DNA from: Leucoraja erinacea
Taxonomy: Eukaryota
Direction of reading: 5' to 3'
Length of the DNA stretch: 64,000 nt
Assembly (NCBI RefSeq): GCF_028641065.1
Contig: NC_073401.1
Coordinates: forward strand, 22,940,001-23,004,000
Shown: positions 1 to 12,240 of the stretch, piece by piece
Numbering within the stretch: position 1 is the first letter of the stretch
Layout of the letters: each line of letters starts with the position of its first letter
The notes under the pieces: model-generated
What the model was told of the DNA's origin: nothing
Database searches by the model: none
Seen by the model: the letters and a program-made list of their open reading frames with translations, nothing else
Position numbers and translations under genes: made by a program

Positions 1-239
1 AGACATCATCAATTAAGAAATCCTGTGAAATATACATCAATAAGAAGAGAATAGCAATAAGCAGCCAGTTATGACCGGAACTAATATATACATCAGATAG
101 AGCAGGTGAACGCCAAAGTTCAGACTGAAACCATCAGGTGCTACTGATGCATTGAGATTACAGATCCCAAGAAACATTCTCATGAATGCCGTCACGGTTA
201 GAGATCCAGCAAAACAAGACTCCGCCATTGGATTCTATA

Positions 240-520
240 TGACTCGCCGGGGCGGGCAATATCTGATTGGGGATGGACAGGTATCGTTTCAGGTCTAGAC
301 CCTTCTGCACTAATTGAGACAGAGGGCAGAAAGCTGGAAAATATATATGAGGTGTGATAAAGCCTGCCAAGTTATAAGTGGATACATGTGAGAGGGGGTT
401 GAATAGCAGATGGGGGTAGGGGGTTAATTGGCAAAGGCTAGGGGTGAAAAGGGAATCAGCACCAAGCGGGGAATGGAGTGAAGGATAACCCTGGAGGAAG
501 GGGGTGAAAGGAGATAGGTG
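240..520 (-). mobile_element. Old Penelope terminal-repeat remnant (paralogs near 13155-13440 and 42610-42900)
   Basis: Reverse strand gcagaagggtctagacctgaaacga resembles the hammerhead-bearing terminus. Confidence 0.45.
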
Positions 521-1141
521 ACGTCCCCAACCTGTTACTAACAATTTTGTCAAATAGGTGGTATATTTTTTAATTATAAATTTATTTTACGACTGGATAT
601 TGACATCGTACTAGAGGGTATCTTTAGATAGGATTTACCCAGATCGGATAATTTATTTTTTTCATAATTTATAATTTTCATAATTTTTCATCATTTATAC
701 TCCCTGTTAAAAATGTGTTGTTATTCCCTGAGAAGAACATCCAAGCAGTTTCCATATGCCGAAAGCTGTTTATCCCAATTCTGGGAATCACAATTTATAC
801 TTCGGTTAATTGTTGTTACGAAGCCCCCCTTCAAGATGAGTCTAGCGCTCACCCCTGCGAGCCTAAACTTTATTCCTCTCGTTATATTGTTTAAATATAT
901 GACCACTTCTGGTGATTAATGGTCAGCTGATTAAAGACCGCGGTAATGCCGCGGTTAACTAATTCGTCAACCCACACTTTTCATCGCGGTTTCCATTGTA
1001 TAAACACTGATATGTTGTGATATTTTGTGCGGATTTATTGGAGACTATTGGGTACTTCAAGCATATTCGCGTAATGCCAAGACTGTACTTCCGTATTTCT
1101 GGGATATCCAAAATAGGGATACGGATTGGCACCTAATCTGG

Positions 1142-1175
<34 letters not shown>

Positions 1176-1376
1176 ATGTGCAACTTCCCTTCAGCTGTCC
1201 TAACACATGGATCACCATCAATCATGAAAATGCAGTTTACTTGAAATATTACGAAGTTTCACAAAATACCAGTTTATACACACTGGCATCATCGGACATT
1301 ATTGTTTTTATTCTATTGAAGGCAAGGACATTTGCACAGAAAATTACAACGATGCATCGTAAGTAGAATAATCTGT

Positions 1377-1382
1377 TTTATT
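1377..1382 (-). terminator. polyA signal AATAAA, cluster 1
   Basis: About 180 nt after the stop codon, conserved in all clusters; a second AATAAA at 1307-1312. Confidence 0.7.
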
Positions 1383-1561
1383 GCATTAAATGTTACATTA
1401 TTGTTTGTCAATTCACCGTAAATTACGGACAGCGCATTCACGGCAACAAAATGCACACGTGCTGCGTTCGAACAACTACCCTGTTAAAGCGAACATTCGA
1501 TATCTGAATATTGGATTAATTTACAACGAAATGGAGCAAATCGGGAAATTGATCCTTTGAA

Positions 1562-1884
1562 TTAGAGGCAACTGGATCTGGCGATGTTGGCCTTAATCGG
1601 GGTTGCCTGGGTTTCGTGTTTAACCACACAGGAGTAAAGATCGTGTGAGTTCCAGTAGGCGGCTGGCAGAGTCAGGTAACTGCTCGCACTGAACGAGTTG
1701 TCCTTCTCCTGCTGGACCCGGCTGGTCGCAGCGCCGTCACTTCTCGCACTGCCGTCCACGGTCCACTTAATGTCCACAGCGCCCGGGTTGAATCCGCTCA
1801 CCAAACACACCAGGGTGGCGGTATTTTTTGCGGTGACTTCACCCATTGATGGCGCCAGAATGGAAACGGTGGGGGAGCGCGGAC
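1562..1884 (-). CDS. IGLC: Constant (C1-set) exon, cluster 1
   Basis: Acceptor tttatttccag; ATLVCLVSGFNP, W, SASSYLTL, YSCVVKH; penultimate Cys (SSCL*) for the H-L bond; 323 nt. Confidence 0.95.
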
Positions 1885-3743
1885 CTGGAAATAAAGAATT
1901 GAAATAAATACAGGTGAATTATTTATCAGTTAGTCCTTGGAGTGTAGAAGACCTTAGGGTGATCGCATGGCGGTGTACAAAATCGCGAGGGGAATACATA
2001 GGGTTGGCGCATGGAATCTTTTCCCCGTAGTAGGAGAATGAAGAATTAAAGGGCTTTGGTTCAGGGCAACATTTGTACACATAACGCGTTGACTCCATGG
2101 AATGAGTTCCCCAGAGAAGTTGACGAGGCAGGTACAATAAAACACCATTTAAATAAACATTTGAATTAATACTTGGATAAGAAAGGTTCAAAGAGATATG
2201 GGCCTGACACGCGCAAATGGGACCAGCTCGAGTAGGGCAACCCGGTCGGCATGAAATAGGTGGACTGAAGGACTGTTCCACCGCTGCATAACTCCGTGGC
2301 TCTATGGCCGTGTACTGCACTGGCTTTACAATTACCGTTCATTTATAAACTTCATTTTATACAGCAGAATCATGATAAGTTAATGTTTATGGGGGTATAT
2401 CCGAGGTTTGGTAAAACATTTAACATACGATTTTCTACAGATCATGGAAACGGGCAGAAAAAATGTAAATACAACTCATCCTGGCAGAATGAGCAGCATT
2501 TCCAAATTAATGCTTGTTTAAATAGTAATCCCAATTCTATCCCGGAATAATCTGTAGAATGTTACTTATTAGTGAATCTTCCACATCGTCCAGAAAGTCC
2601 ATGATTCAATGATGGTGGCGGGCAGAAAAATGAAAGGTAAAACTAAAGAAATGTTTTGGTCAGTTTCAAATTCCTTCTGACACTTGTCCAGACAGCTCTG
2701 GGTTTAACATCCAACATATTCGGACTTTAAAAAACATTTCAAGCTAATGCAGGTTTCATGAACATCAGGGAAGAAAGTGGGAAATAGACTTTCAGATCAT
2801 TACAGAATTTAATAACTTTGAAGCACAGCTGTCAGTCTGTAAAGGCGTTAAATTCCACGATGATCAAGAAGCCACGGATAGATGAGCGCAGATTTCCCGG
2901 AGTATTGTAGGGATGGAGGTAAAGGATTATTTAAAAAAAAAAAAAACAAGTTCACGTAGGAGAAACAAGGAACCGCGAATGTTGGCATCTTGAGTACAAC
3001 ACAAAGTGCTAAAGTAATCCAGCGGATCAGACAGCATCTCTGGAGGACAAAGAAAGATGATATTTCCGTTCGGGAAAGTCTCGCAAAGATTCCGACACGA
3101 AACATTGCCCATCTATACGTCTACCGGAGATGCTGGCTGGCCCGTTGTGTTCTACTTAGGTCTAATAGGATCTTTCTACCGAGGATTTGTGATGGAAAGC
3201 AAATCATAAGTTCAACGATTCGTTGTTTCACACCGTGAATACTTTACTTACTGCTTAGATTCAGTTTGGTTCCTCTCCCGAATGTGACTTTGTCATAATT
3301 GCCATCACACACAGCACAGTAATAATCGGCCGCGTCCTCCGATTGCACGTTGGTGATGGTTAAATGCATTTGGTTCGTGGATGATTCCTCGGATCCCGTG
3401 AATCGGTCTGGAATTCCGGTGCCTCTGGTGGAGCCTCCATACCACACGAAGACAGGGCTGCTGTCCGGCTTCTGCCAGTACCAGCTCGTGTACCAGCTAC
3501 CGATGCTGCCCCCTGACAGTGTACAGGTGATTTTGACGGTTGTTCCCGGCGATTGTGATATAGACGGGACCTGAGTCAAGGTAATCTCCGCGTTTAAAGC
3601 TGATAGAAATAACAGATAAATATACAGAACCATTAGAAAAAAAAAACACGGCAGAATGTAAAACGATACAGCATTAATCATTCTGCGCTCTACTCACAGT
3701 GGAAACAGGTCACCAAGGCGAGAACCCAAACCCATTCAGCCAT
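1562..3743 (-). CDS. IGL: Ig light chain cluster 1, germline-joined VJ, type II/NS3 (lambda) class; intact; exons 3698-3743 (L), 3252-3599 (VJ), 1562-1884 (C)
   Basis: Exons splice in frame with GT/AG phase-1 junctions: MAEWVWVLALVTCFH-SLNAEITLTQVPS...WYWQKPDS...DAADYYCAVCDGNYDKVTFGRGTKLNLS-SPRSPTVSIL...ARSSCL*. WYWQKPDS and MHLTITNVQSEDAADYYC match shark type II (lambda) chains as I recall them. Confidence 0.95.
3252..3599 (-). CDS. IGLV: Fused VJ exon, cluster 1 (CDR3 AVCDGNYDKVT)
   Basis: Acceptor tttctatcag, canonical Cys/Trp/YYC, FGRGTKLNL J motif contiguous with V and no RSS, donor A|gtaagt; 348 nt, in frame. Confidence 0.95.
3698..3743 (-). CDS. Leader exon, cluster 1 (MAEWVWVLALVTCFH)
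   Basis: 46-nt exon, ATG at 3743, donor T|gtgagt, hydrophobic signal peptide. Confidence 0.93.
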
Positions 3744-3842
3744 GTTGAAGGTTATAAGGGAATATTTTGCTGCACAAGCGCGGTTTTGAGCCCTTTCCAA
3801 GTCTCTCTTTTAAAGTCTTCAGTCACTAAATATTAATTATTC

Positions 3843-3863
3843 ATGCAAATCTTTATCCACGTG
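3843..3863 (-). promoter_or_regulatory. IgL promoter: octamer ATTTGCAT plus E-box CACGTG
   Basis: ATGCAAAT on + at 3843-3850 (light-chain orientation on the gene strand), 100 bp upstream of the ATG; CACGTG at 3858-3863; conserved in all three clusters. Confidence 0.85.
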
Positions 3864-4639
3864 ACATCCATTCACTGAATTATTGGCTCGGGGTAAAATT
3901 ATATTTCTGCAACTCCAGCCCTTTGGGAGAAAAAAATATTCATGTTGTTTTAAGTGGGAGGAGAAAAGCAGACAACGGTGAACTCAACGACGGCGGGGGG
4001 AGGGGGAGAGAAGCTCTGAGACTCACACGGGAACTGTTGTGTGAGAGCAGGCTCTTATTTACTGAGTAAAAGTGGTCAGCTGTGTTGAATGGTGGCACTG
4101 TACAGACTTCGCACTAATCACCTTAAGCTTCCAAATAGTTATAAAATAATACATTTGTCCTTTTCCTACAAATAATTCGCAGCCGTGTAATTAAAGGGGA
4201 ACATGGAGATGACAGATAAATTAAATGGTAATTTTTCATCGGTCTGCTCCACAGAACATGGACTTAACATCCCAGAAACGGCTGCAGACACGGAAGCAAG
4301 AAACAAACTCACAAAAGTTGCAATCATTAGGAAGTCGATAGAGACACGGACTGGCTGGGCGTTAAGATCTATTGTATTGCATTCTGGAGTCTTAATTCAT
4401 TCCGTTGCAGCGCTGAATTCATTGCTTTGAGTTTTTTTATTTCAAAACGACCTTGGTATTCATTTTTATCCAGAAGGGGAGACAGAAAGTCGTCCAACGC
4501 AGGCCAGTTGGTTGCACATCTGTCCTGGAGAAATATTGCAAGCTGTTACCAAATCGATATAAAGGGCACTGACAAAATGATCCAGGTTATCTCGCAAAAG
4601 TCAAAATGTTGTTGAGAAAGAGAGATAATTTAGAAATGA

Positions 4640-6128
4640 GAGCAGAGGGGCTTGGGAGTGCTGGTGCAGGGTGGTGAAGTTAATTTACAAGTCGGTAGTA
4701 AGGAAAGCATTTCTTTGGAGAGGGCCAGAACACAAAAACAAAATACAAAAACAGGAATGTAATGCTAAGCCTTTATAAGGCACCGGTCAGACCGCATTTG
4801 GAGTGTGGTGAGCAGTTTTCGGCTCCAATCTGAGGAAGGATGAGCTAGCGTTGGAGAGGGTCCAGAGGAGGTTTCCGAGGGTGATTCCAGGGATAATTGG
4901 GTTAACATGTGATGAGCGTTTGACGGCACTGTGTCCGTGCTCGCTATATAGTTTATAAGGACGAGAGGGGGGGAGACCTCATTGAAATTAACCGAATCGT
5001 GAAAGGCCCGGATAGAGTGGATGTGGAGTGGATGTTTCGACGAGCGGGGGAGCCTAGGACCAGAGGTGAAAGCCTCAGAATAAAAGCACGTCTATTTAGA
5101 AAGGACATGGGGAGGAATTCCTTTAGACAGAGGGTGGTGAATCTGTGGAATTCGTTGCCGCAGGGGGATGTGGGAGCCAAGTCGATGGATATTTTTAAGG
5201 TGGAGATTGAGTGGTTGTTGATTAGTAACAGTGTTAAGGGTTATGAGAAGAAGTCAGGAGAATGGGGTTGAGAAGAAAAGATAAACCAAGCGTGATAGAA
5301 TGACGGGGTAGAATTGATGGGCCAAATGGCCTAATTCTCCTACAATTTATGAATTCATGAACGATGTTTCACCAATTTAACCAAAGGCTTTGAAGAAGTA
5401 CAATGACAGGCAGATATAATTTCGAGGAGGCATTTGATAAGGTGATAAATCGAAGGTTGATATGGTAAATAATATGGTAACATTGGGGGTAGGGTATTGA
5501 TATGGATGGAGAACTTGTATGGCAGACAGGAAGCAAAGAATAGGAATTAACAGGTCCTTTTCACAATGGCTGGCAGTGACTAGTGGGGTGCCACACGGCT
5601 CGGTGATGGGACCTCGGTTATTTACAAGATATATTGACGATGATGAAGGAATTAAATGTAACATCTCCATGTTTGCGGATCACAGAAAGCTGAGTGGCAG
5701 TGTGAGCTGCGAGGAGGATGCTAGGAGGCTGCAGGGTGACCTGGACAAGATTATGCAGTATTATGTGCATAAATATGCGGTTATCCACATTGGGGGCAAA
5801 AACAAGAAGGCAGATTATAATCGAATGGTGTCAGATTAGGGAAAGGGGAGGGGGGGGGGGGTGCAACGAGACCTGGGTGTCCTTGAACATCAGTCACAGA
5901 AATAAATCATGCAGGTACAGTCGACAGTGAAGAAAGCAAATGACACGTTGGCCTTCATAGCGAGAGGATTTGAGTGCAGGAGCATGGAGGACCTACTGCA
6001 GTTGTACAGGGCCCTGGTGAGAGCACACCTGGAGTATTGTGTGCAGTTTTGGTCTCCTAATATGAGGAAGGACATTCTTGCTATTGAAAGAGTGCAACGT
6101 AAATTCACCAGATTAATTCCCGGGATGG
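4640..6128 (+). mobile_element. Degenerate CR1 LINE fragments (RT 3' region)
   Basis: SGVPHGSVMGP, FAD, LYRALVRAHLEYCVQFWSP, RVVNLWNSLP. Confidence 0.85.
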
Positions 6129-8074
6129 AGGATACGCAACAAGCTGGAATGAGGTACAACAACTACCTATGAAAGGTAACAGTGTTAGCATCTAACGTCA
6201 GAAAAACAACTAATGCAAAAGAGAGAGGTTGATAGTGCTTCAGTTATACTTCATCGCAGAATCGAGCAAAGTATTGAAATGTAAATGCCTTTGAAGCAAT
6301 TAAGAAAATGATTACTAATAGACCCATATCTGCAACGAGCGAGTGGTCGACGGTTAGAAGCATGAGAGGTGCTTTAATTGAAGCACAGGTGATTATGCGG
6401 GGTCTTAACAGCATGTGAAGGGAGAGGACAATTCGTCTGGGGTAATCTAAAACTAAACGTCACCTGTAACACAAAAATCAATGCCTACTTCAAAAAGTGA
6501 AGAAACAAAACACATCTCTCAGAATGGAGAAAGCCTCATCAATTACGTTTCTGAAAATGTGGTAGACGCAGTCTTTATTTTTTTCCAAAGGTAGAAATAT
6601 TCCTAATAAACAAGGTGGGGTAGTGATATGTTACCAGGGGTGGTTGGGACTGCAGATCAGAGGTTACAATCAGGTTAGTCACCATTTTACTGTTTGGTGA
6701 ATTAGCTTCAAGTGACCGAGTGCGGATGAGGAACATCATCTCCTCCCCATTGACCAGCAACACAGTGCATTTCAAGGCTGCGCGCTTTACACCCTTTTCT
6801 ACTTCGTGTACACGCATGGAATGAAGCACAGCTCCAAAGTCATCTATCCACCCCCAACACCATTCTATTTGGATGAATCACTGATGGTGCTGCGTCAACA
6901 TAGAGAAGGGAGACGGAACACTTGGTTGAGTGGTGTCAGAACAACAACCTTTCGCTCCAAAGCAACAAGACGGAACTGGTCGCTGACTTCAGAAAGAGGA
7001 AGTCCGGGGACCCCCGGCCAGTTTGTTTCAGTGGAGAGGGTTATAACTGATTATAACTAATTCTAGGCATTAACACCGGGCCCAGCAAACAAATGCATCA
7101 CCGAATGAGCGCCAATGCCTCTACTTTCAAAGAATTAAAAAAAATACTTTGTCTCCAAATACTCCAACAAACGTTTACAGATCTACTACAGAAAGTACAC
7201 CACCCGGTTTAAGAACAGCTACTTACCTACAACTATCCAGATTTTGGAAGGACCAACATACCCCTAATCTTGCCTCGCTAATGGGACACTATGCCCCAAA
7301 ACTTGTACACTATCGACGTGTTTTTTTATTATTATGTTTTTGGCCGCAATCTTGTTTCATTCTTTCTGATGTAGATGTATAATGTATATATCATTTATTC
7401 TTGTGTATTTTCTGTCACAGTCCACGTGTAGGCGATGTTTCTGCAAACAAGAGTTCTCGGTTTAAAATGAGTTGTAATTGGATTTTCTGTTTGTTTCTTT
7501 TAAGAGAATAATGTTCAGTTATTTATGTCATGCGTCGTTGTTTAAATCTTTATGACTTTCATTGACACTCAACACCTTGGCAAATTGGATAGATGGAAAA
7601 CCTGAGGCTAAAATCCTGGAACCAAAACCCACTCAAATGTACAAAATCCTGTTTGCAACTGTCTTCATGTTTGTCCAAAATTAATATTAAAGTCTCTCCC
7701 GGAGGTAACATTCCCATTATTCACATTCAGTATGCACGAGCATTTTGGCCAATGATTTAATTCTCCTCTATCCCCTTAACTAGTTGTGTTCTGTACCAAT
7801 AGCAATATATTCACATCAACAATCATGATGGAATAGCGGCTTACACGCAGGAGAGGGAGAGAGTACTCAGCGAGCACTTCAAACTTCAATATGACAGGAG
7901 AATGAGTAGGTAAATGATGGATGAAATCTATCACAGAGAAGTATGAGCTTGTATCGTTTGCCTCGTGTGTGGAGGGGGAGGAGGGGGAGGCAATGTGGGT
8001 TCAAAGTTCGCAGGAACCGAGGGACTTTGTGTTCATGAGCACACATCTGCCAAGGTAGAAAGATATATCGCGAG

Positions 8075-8515
8075 AGTAGACAATAGACTACAGACAATAG
8101 ATGCAGGAGGAGGCCATTCGGCCCTTCGCGCCAGCACCGCCATTCAAAGGCTGATCATCCCCAATCAGTACCCCATTCCCACCCTCTCTCCATATCCCCT
8201 GACTCCGCTATTTTTAAGAGCCCTATCTAGTTCTCACTTGAAAGAATCCAGAGAACCTGCCTCCATCGCCCTCTGAGGCAGAGAATTCCACACTCACGAC
8301 TCTCTATGAGAAAACGTATTTCCTCGTCTCCGTTCTAAATGGCTTACTCCTTATTCTTGAACTGTGGTCCCTGGTTCTGGACTCCTCCAACATCGGGAAC
8401 ATGTGTTTTGCCTCTAGCGTGTCCAAACCCTTAACAATCGTATATGTTTCAATGAAATATCCTCTCATCCTTCAGAGTGTACAAGCCCAGCTGCTCTATT
8501 ATCTCAGCATATGAC
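8075..8515 (-). mobile_element. CR1 LINE 3' end (paralogous copies near 38135-38570 and 53228-53675)
   Basis: Reverse-strand CR1 C-terminus and 3' UTR with a (caataga)n tail. Confidence 0.75.
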
Positions 8516-8959
8516 AGAGTAGTGAGCAAAAACCTGTGATATATGTGGGGTTTCAAAGAACGAAGTATCGAGTAAGCGGAGAGGTTACCTCTCAAGCTTT
8601 GGTTAAACCGTGGCTGAATCGGAAAACTGTGATAGAAGAATATTTTTATGCAGTGAAAGATTCCTCCTATTCGCTCCCTGCAAAGGTGAAGGAAGTGAAG
8701 ATAAACAATGGTTTCAAACCTAAATCACATCACGCAAAGGCCTTGACCACATATCCAGACATATTTCAACAGGGAAGGTGTGGAATCTAAATTATGTTAA
8801 GTGTCTGGAATATTTCAGAAGAAACATCAGTTTGTATGATTGATTATTACAAAACAACTGGGTCCCAAATATATCTTTCAAGGGGAAAATAATCCAATTA
8901 TTGCTGGTCTGGCCTGTACGTGACCTCAGACACAATATTGCGTTTGACCCATTTCAGAA

Positions 8960-9446
8960 CCAAGCGGAGGTTGGGCGATCGTTTCGCCGAACACCTCCGC
9001 TCGGTCCGCAATAACCTAGCTGACCTCCCGGTGGCTCAGCACTTCAACTCCCCCTCCCACTCCGCCTCTGACCTCTCTGTCCTGGGTCTCCTCCATGGCC
9101 ACAGCGAGCAGCACCGGAAATTGGAGGAACAGCACCTCATATTCCGTTTGGGGAGTCTGCACCCCGGGGGCATGAACATCGACTTCTCCCAATTCTGTTA
9201 GTCCTTGCTGTCTCCTCCCCTTCCTCAGCTCCCCTGCTGTCTCCTCCCACCCTCCAGCCTTCCGGCTAGTCCTCCTTTTCCCTTTCTTGTCCCCACCCAC
9301 CCCCACCCCTGATCAGTCTGAAGAAGGGTTTCGGCCCGAAACGTTGCCTATTTCCTTCGCTCCATAGATGCTGCTGCACCCGCTGAGTTTCTCCAGCTTT
9401 TCTGTGTAACCTTCGATTCTCCAGCATCTGCAGTTCCCTCTTTAAC
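8960..9446 (+). mobile_element. 5'-truncated Penelope-like element (GIY-YIG C-terminus plus terminal repeat), copy-specific
   Basis: TKRRLGDRFAEHLRSV...VAQHFNS...RKLEEQHLIFRLGSL; TSD TCAGAA at 8954-8959 and 9447-9452; empty sites near 39010 and 54890. Confidence 0.85.
9318..9345 (+). ncRNA. Minimal hammerhead ribozyme core in the Penelope terminal repeat
   Basis: CTGAAGA-A-GGGT(TTCG)GCCC-GAAA-CG-TT with palindromic AACGTT stem III. Confidence 0.65.
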
Positions 9447-9559
9447 TCAGAATTGGCCGCGTTGAGCTTCATCACAGATGTAAGGTACGGCAGCGCCATC
9501 TACCGTTAGAATCGGAGACTGCATCAGTATCTTCTGCCCACGCGGTCAAATGGTCAACT

Positions 9560-10854
9560 TATTTTCTTTGTTTTTTAAGAGATATATACAAAACCGTGCA
9601 ACACCATCACCATAAATAAAACAAATTAAGAAAAACAACAGTCAAAATAAAAAAAAAAGTAGATAGGGGATAAAAAAGAAGTAAATTAAAAAAAAAAATT
9701 GGAATAAGACCGTGTGGTTCACTTTACCAACTTAAAAAGAGCAAAAACATTACATTGATTAGTTATCTGGAGATAATTCAATAATCATACAAACATACCA
9801 TCTAGTTCTATACAACGCAATCTTCCCATATCTAGCTCGGCATTTATCTAATTGGTGTCATGGCTCAAATAAATGGTCCATTATTCCCAGATCTTCTCAA
9901 ATGAATTTTCCTTGACTCTCAAGGAATATGTCAATTTCTCCATATTAAAGATGTCTCGCACAATTTCTAACCACTGTTCCTGTTTTGGACTTTTTCATTA
10001 AGCCACTGCCTGGTAATGGCCTTCTTACTTGCTGCAAGCACAACTTTAATCAAATATGTATCTTTTATTTTTACAATATCTTTAATACGGCCCAGATACA
10101 TCACATGGCAGGTATTTGGAATTTTATAACCCAAGATATTTTTTACAGCTGCATTAACATTTTCCCAGTATGGCCTTATCTTTACACAGTTCCAGAAAAT
10201 ATGCGAGTGGTCTGCCTCCGTACTCCCACACAGCCTCCAACAGTGTTGTTGGACAGTGAGTTTGCTGCTTATAAAAAAAAGCGAGATAGATTCTTCCAGC
10301 AAAACTCTTTCCATACTAATGTGCTTGTGGAAGGACATTGTGTTTCACACATTTGATACCATTCTTCTTATGGGGGAAGAAGAAGCCGCCATTGCCGGCC
10401 CGCGGATAACTTCTACCGCGGGCCCGGCATGGACTTACCATCACCCCTGGAGGGGAGCTTCGACCGCCGGCCCTGCAGTCTACGGTGCTTCTGGCTGCGG
10501 CGGGGACTTTAAATCTCAACCGCCGGCCTGCGGCCTACACAATCTTGAAGCCGCGGTCTCCGGTGAGGAAAGACCGATCCTGGACTGGACTCTGGACTCT
10601 GGTCTTGTCCACGGGGGGGGGGGGAAATGGAGGAGGGCGGCCAACATTTTTTGTGCCTTCCACCACAGTGATGAATGCTGTGGTGGATGTTTATGTTACA
10701 TGTTGTGTCCTGTTTATGCATTTTATTATTTTGTTAACCCATCTTTATGCTTTGCATGGAACTGATTTTTAAATTATGTAAAGCACTTTGGGGTCAATGA
10801 AAATTGACTATAAATGTGCTATATAAATAAACTTATTATTATTATTATTATTAA

Positions 10855-10901
<47 letters not shown>

Positions 10902-12240
10902 TATCTGAATCTTTAATTCTGCTTCCTATTTTGTTTTTATGTAGAGCGTTGATTCTCCCCCGCTTCCCATCAGAGCTTGGTAGAAAGCAGAGTTGACCCG
11001 AGACCCCTTCTGTTTGTATGCATCCACAATCACCTTGATCACATTATTTGAAGTTTCATCTAGTTCTGGCCTTATCTCTTTTGTAAAGTCGTCTCTTAAT
11101 TGCAAGTATCTAAAAAAATCTTTGTTTTCGAGACCAGACTTTGACTTTAAATCTTGGAAGCTCATAAACTCGCCATTTTCTGAAACTGTATACATTGCCA
11201 TTATGCCTTTTTGTGCCCATTCTTTGAATTTTGAATCATACACCCCTGGTTAAACTTTGAGTCATATGCGAACCACTTCAATGCGCGAACCCCTCTTTTT
11301 AATTTGTATTTTTCCACTATAACATTACATATTTCTAACGTAAATGCTACTATGTGGTCCATAGCGTATCTCAAAGCCCCTCTCAGATATTAGTCTCCCA
11401 CCAAAATCTGGATCTGGTAACCATGTCCATCGAGATTCATAATCAGGTCTACACCAACAGAGGTCTGAGTTGAGCTACATAAAAGTATTTCCTCAGATTT
11501 GGTAAAGCCATTCCACCCTTGCTTTTCGGCAGTTGAAGTGTTGTTAGTTTTATTCTTGTTTTTTTGCTATTCCAAATGAATCTAGAGATCATTTTATCCC
11601 AGGCTATGGATTTATCTCGGGGGACATTAATTGGGAGAGATTGGAATAAATATAGTAGTTTAGGTAGGATATTCAGTTTTACCGTTTGTATTCTGGCACT
11701 GAAGTCTAGAGGAAGGGTCGACCACCTTTCAACATCATTTTTGATGTTTTCTTCAATTTTGTTATAATTAGTTTCAAACGAGTTGGAAAGTGTTTTGGTT
11801 ATAGTTACACCAAGATACTGCATCGTTTTAGAATTCCATTCCAGATTATATGCATCTCTGATTTGGTGGGATGGAGAATAATTGCATGAAATAATTTGTG
11901 TTTTTGTTATATTCAGTTTATACCCTGAGTAGTATCCATTTGTTTCAAATAGGTTCATTACATTTGGGAGACATATATCTGGTCGTTCAAGAAAAATAAT
12001 GATATCATCAGCGAAAAGACCAATTATATGTTCTTTCCCCCCATTTTGACCCCCTGCAGGTCTTCTCTCTGCCTTATTGCTTGTACTAAGGGTTCAATAT
12101 ACAAAACGAAGAGAGTAAGAGAAAGACAGCATCCTTGCCTTGTGCCCCTCTCTAACTGGATCCGTTTTGATATGTTTCCATTTACCTTAATCCTAGCTGT
12201 AGGCTCCTGATATATTGTTTTAATGCACCGAATTGCATCT
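9560..12240 (-). mobile_element. Degenerate L1/Tx1-clade LINE ORF2 fragment
   Basis: [42 protein letters not shown]...HIFWNC; T-rich tail at the low-coordinate end. Confidence 0.8.
10370..10900 (+). mobile_element. SINE-like insertion with an L2-type 3' tail and (ATT)n, nested in the L1
   Basis: gtaaagcactttg...aaatgtgctatataaataaa followed by (tta)n; shorter copy at ~39905-40240. Confidence 0.55.

Noticed and set aside
3231-3237. CACGGTG heptamer-like motif just after J in all clusters, and TACTGTG at YYC
   Set aside because: No recognisable nonamer; TACTGTG follows from Tyr-Cys codons.
3600-3681. ORF-track N-terminus MINAVSFYILPCFFFLM.. as the leader
   Set aside because: This is translated leader intron; the true leader exon is 3698-3743.
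4927-4933. CACTGTG upstream of cluster 1 as a partner RSS
   Set aside because: Inside a CR1 remnant, with no nonamer at either spacing.
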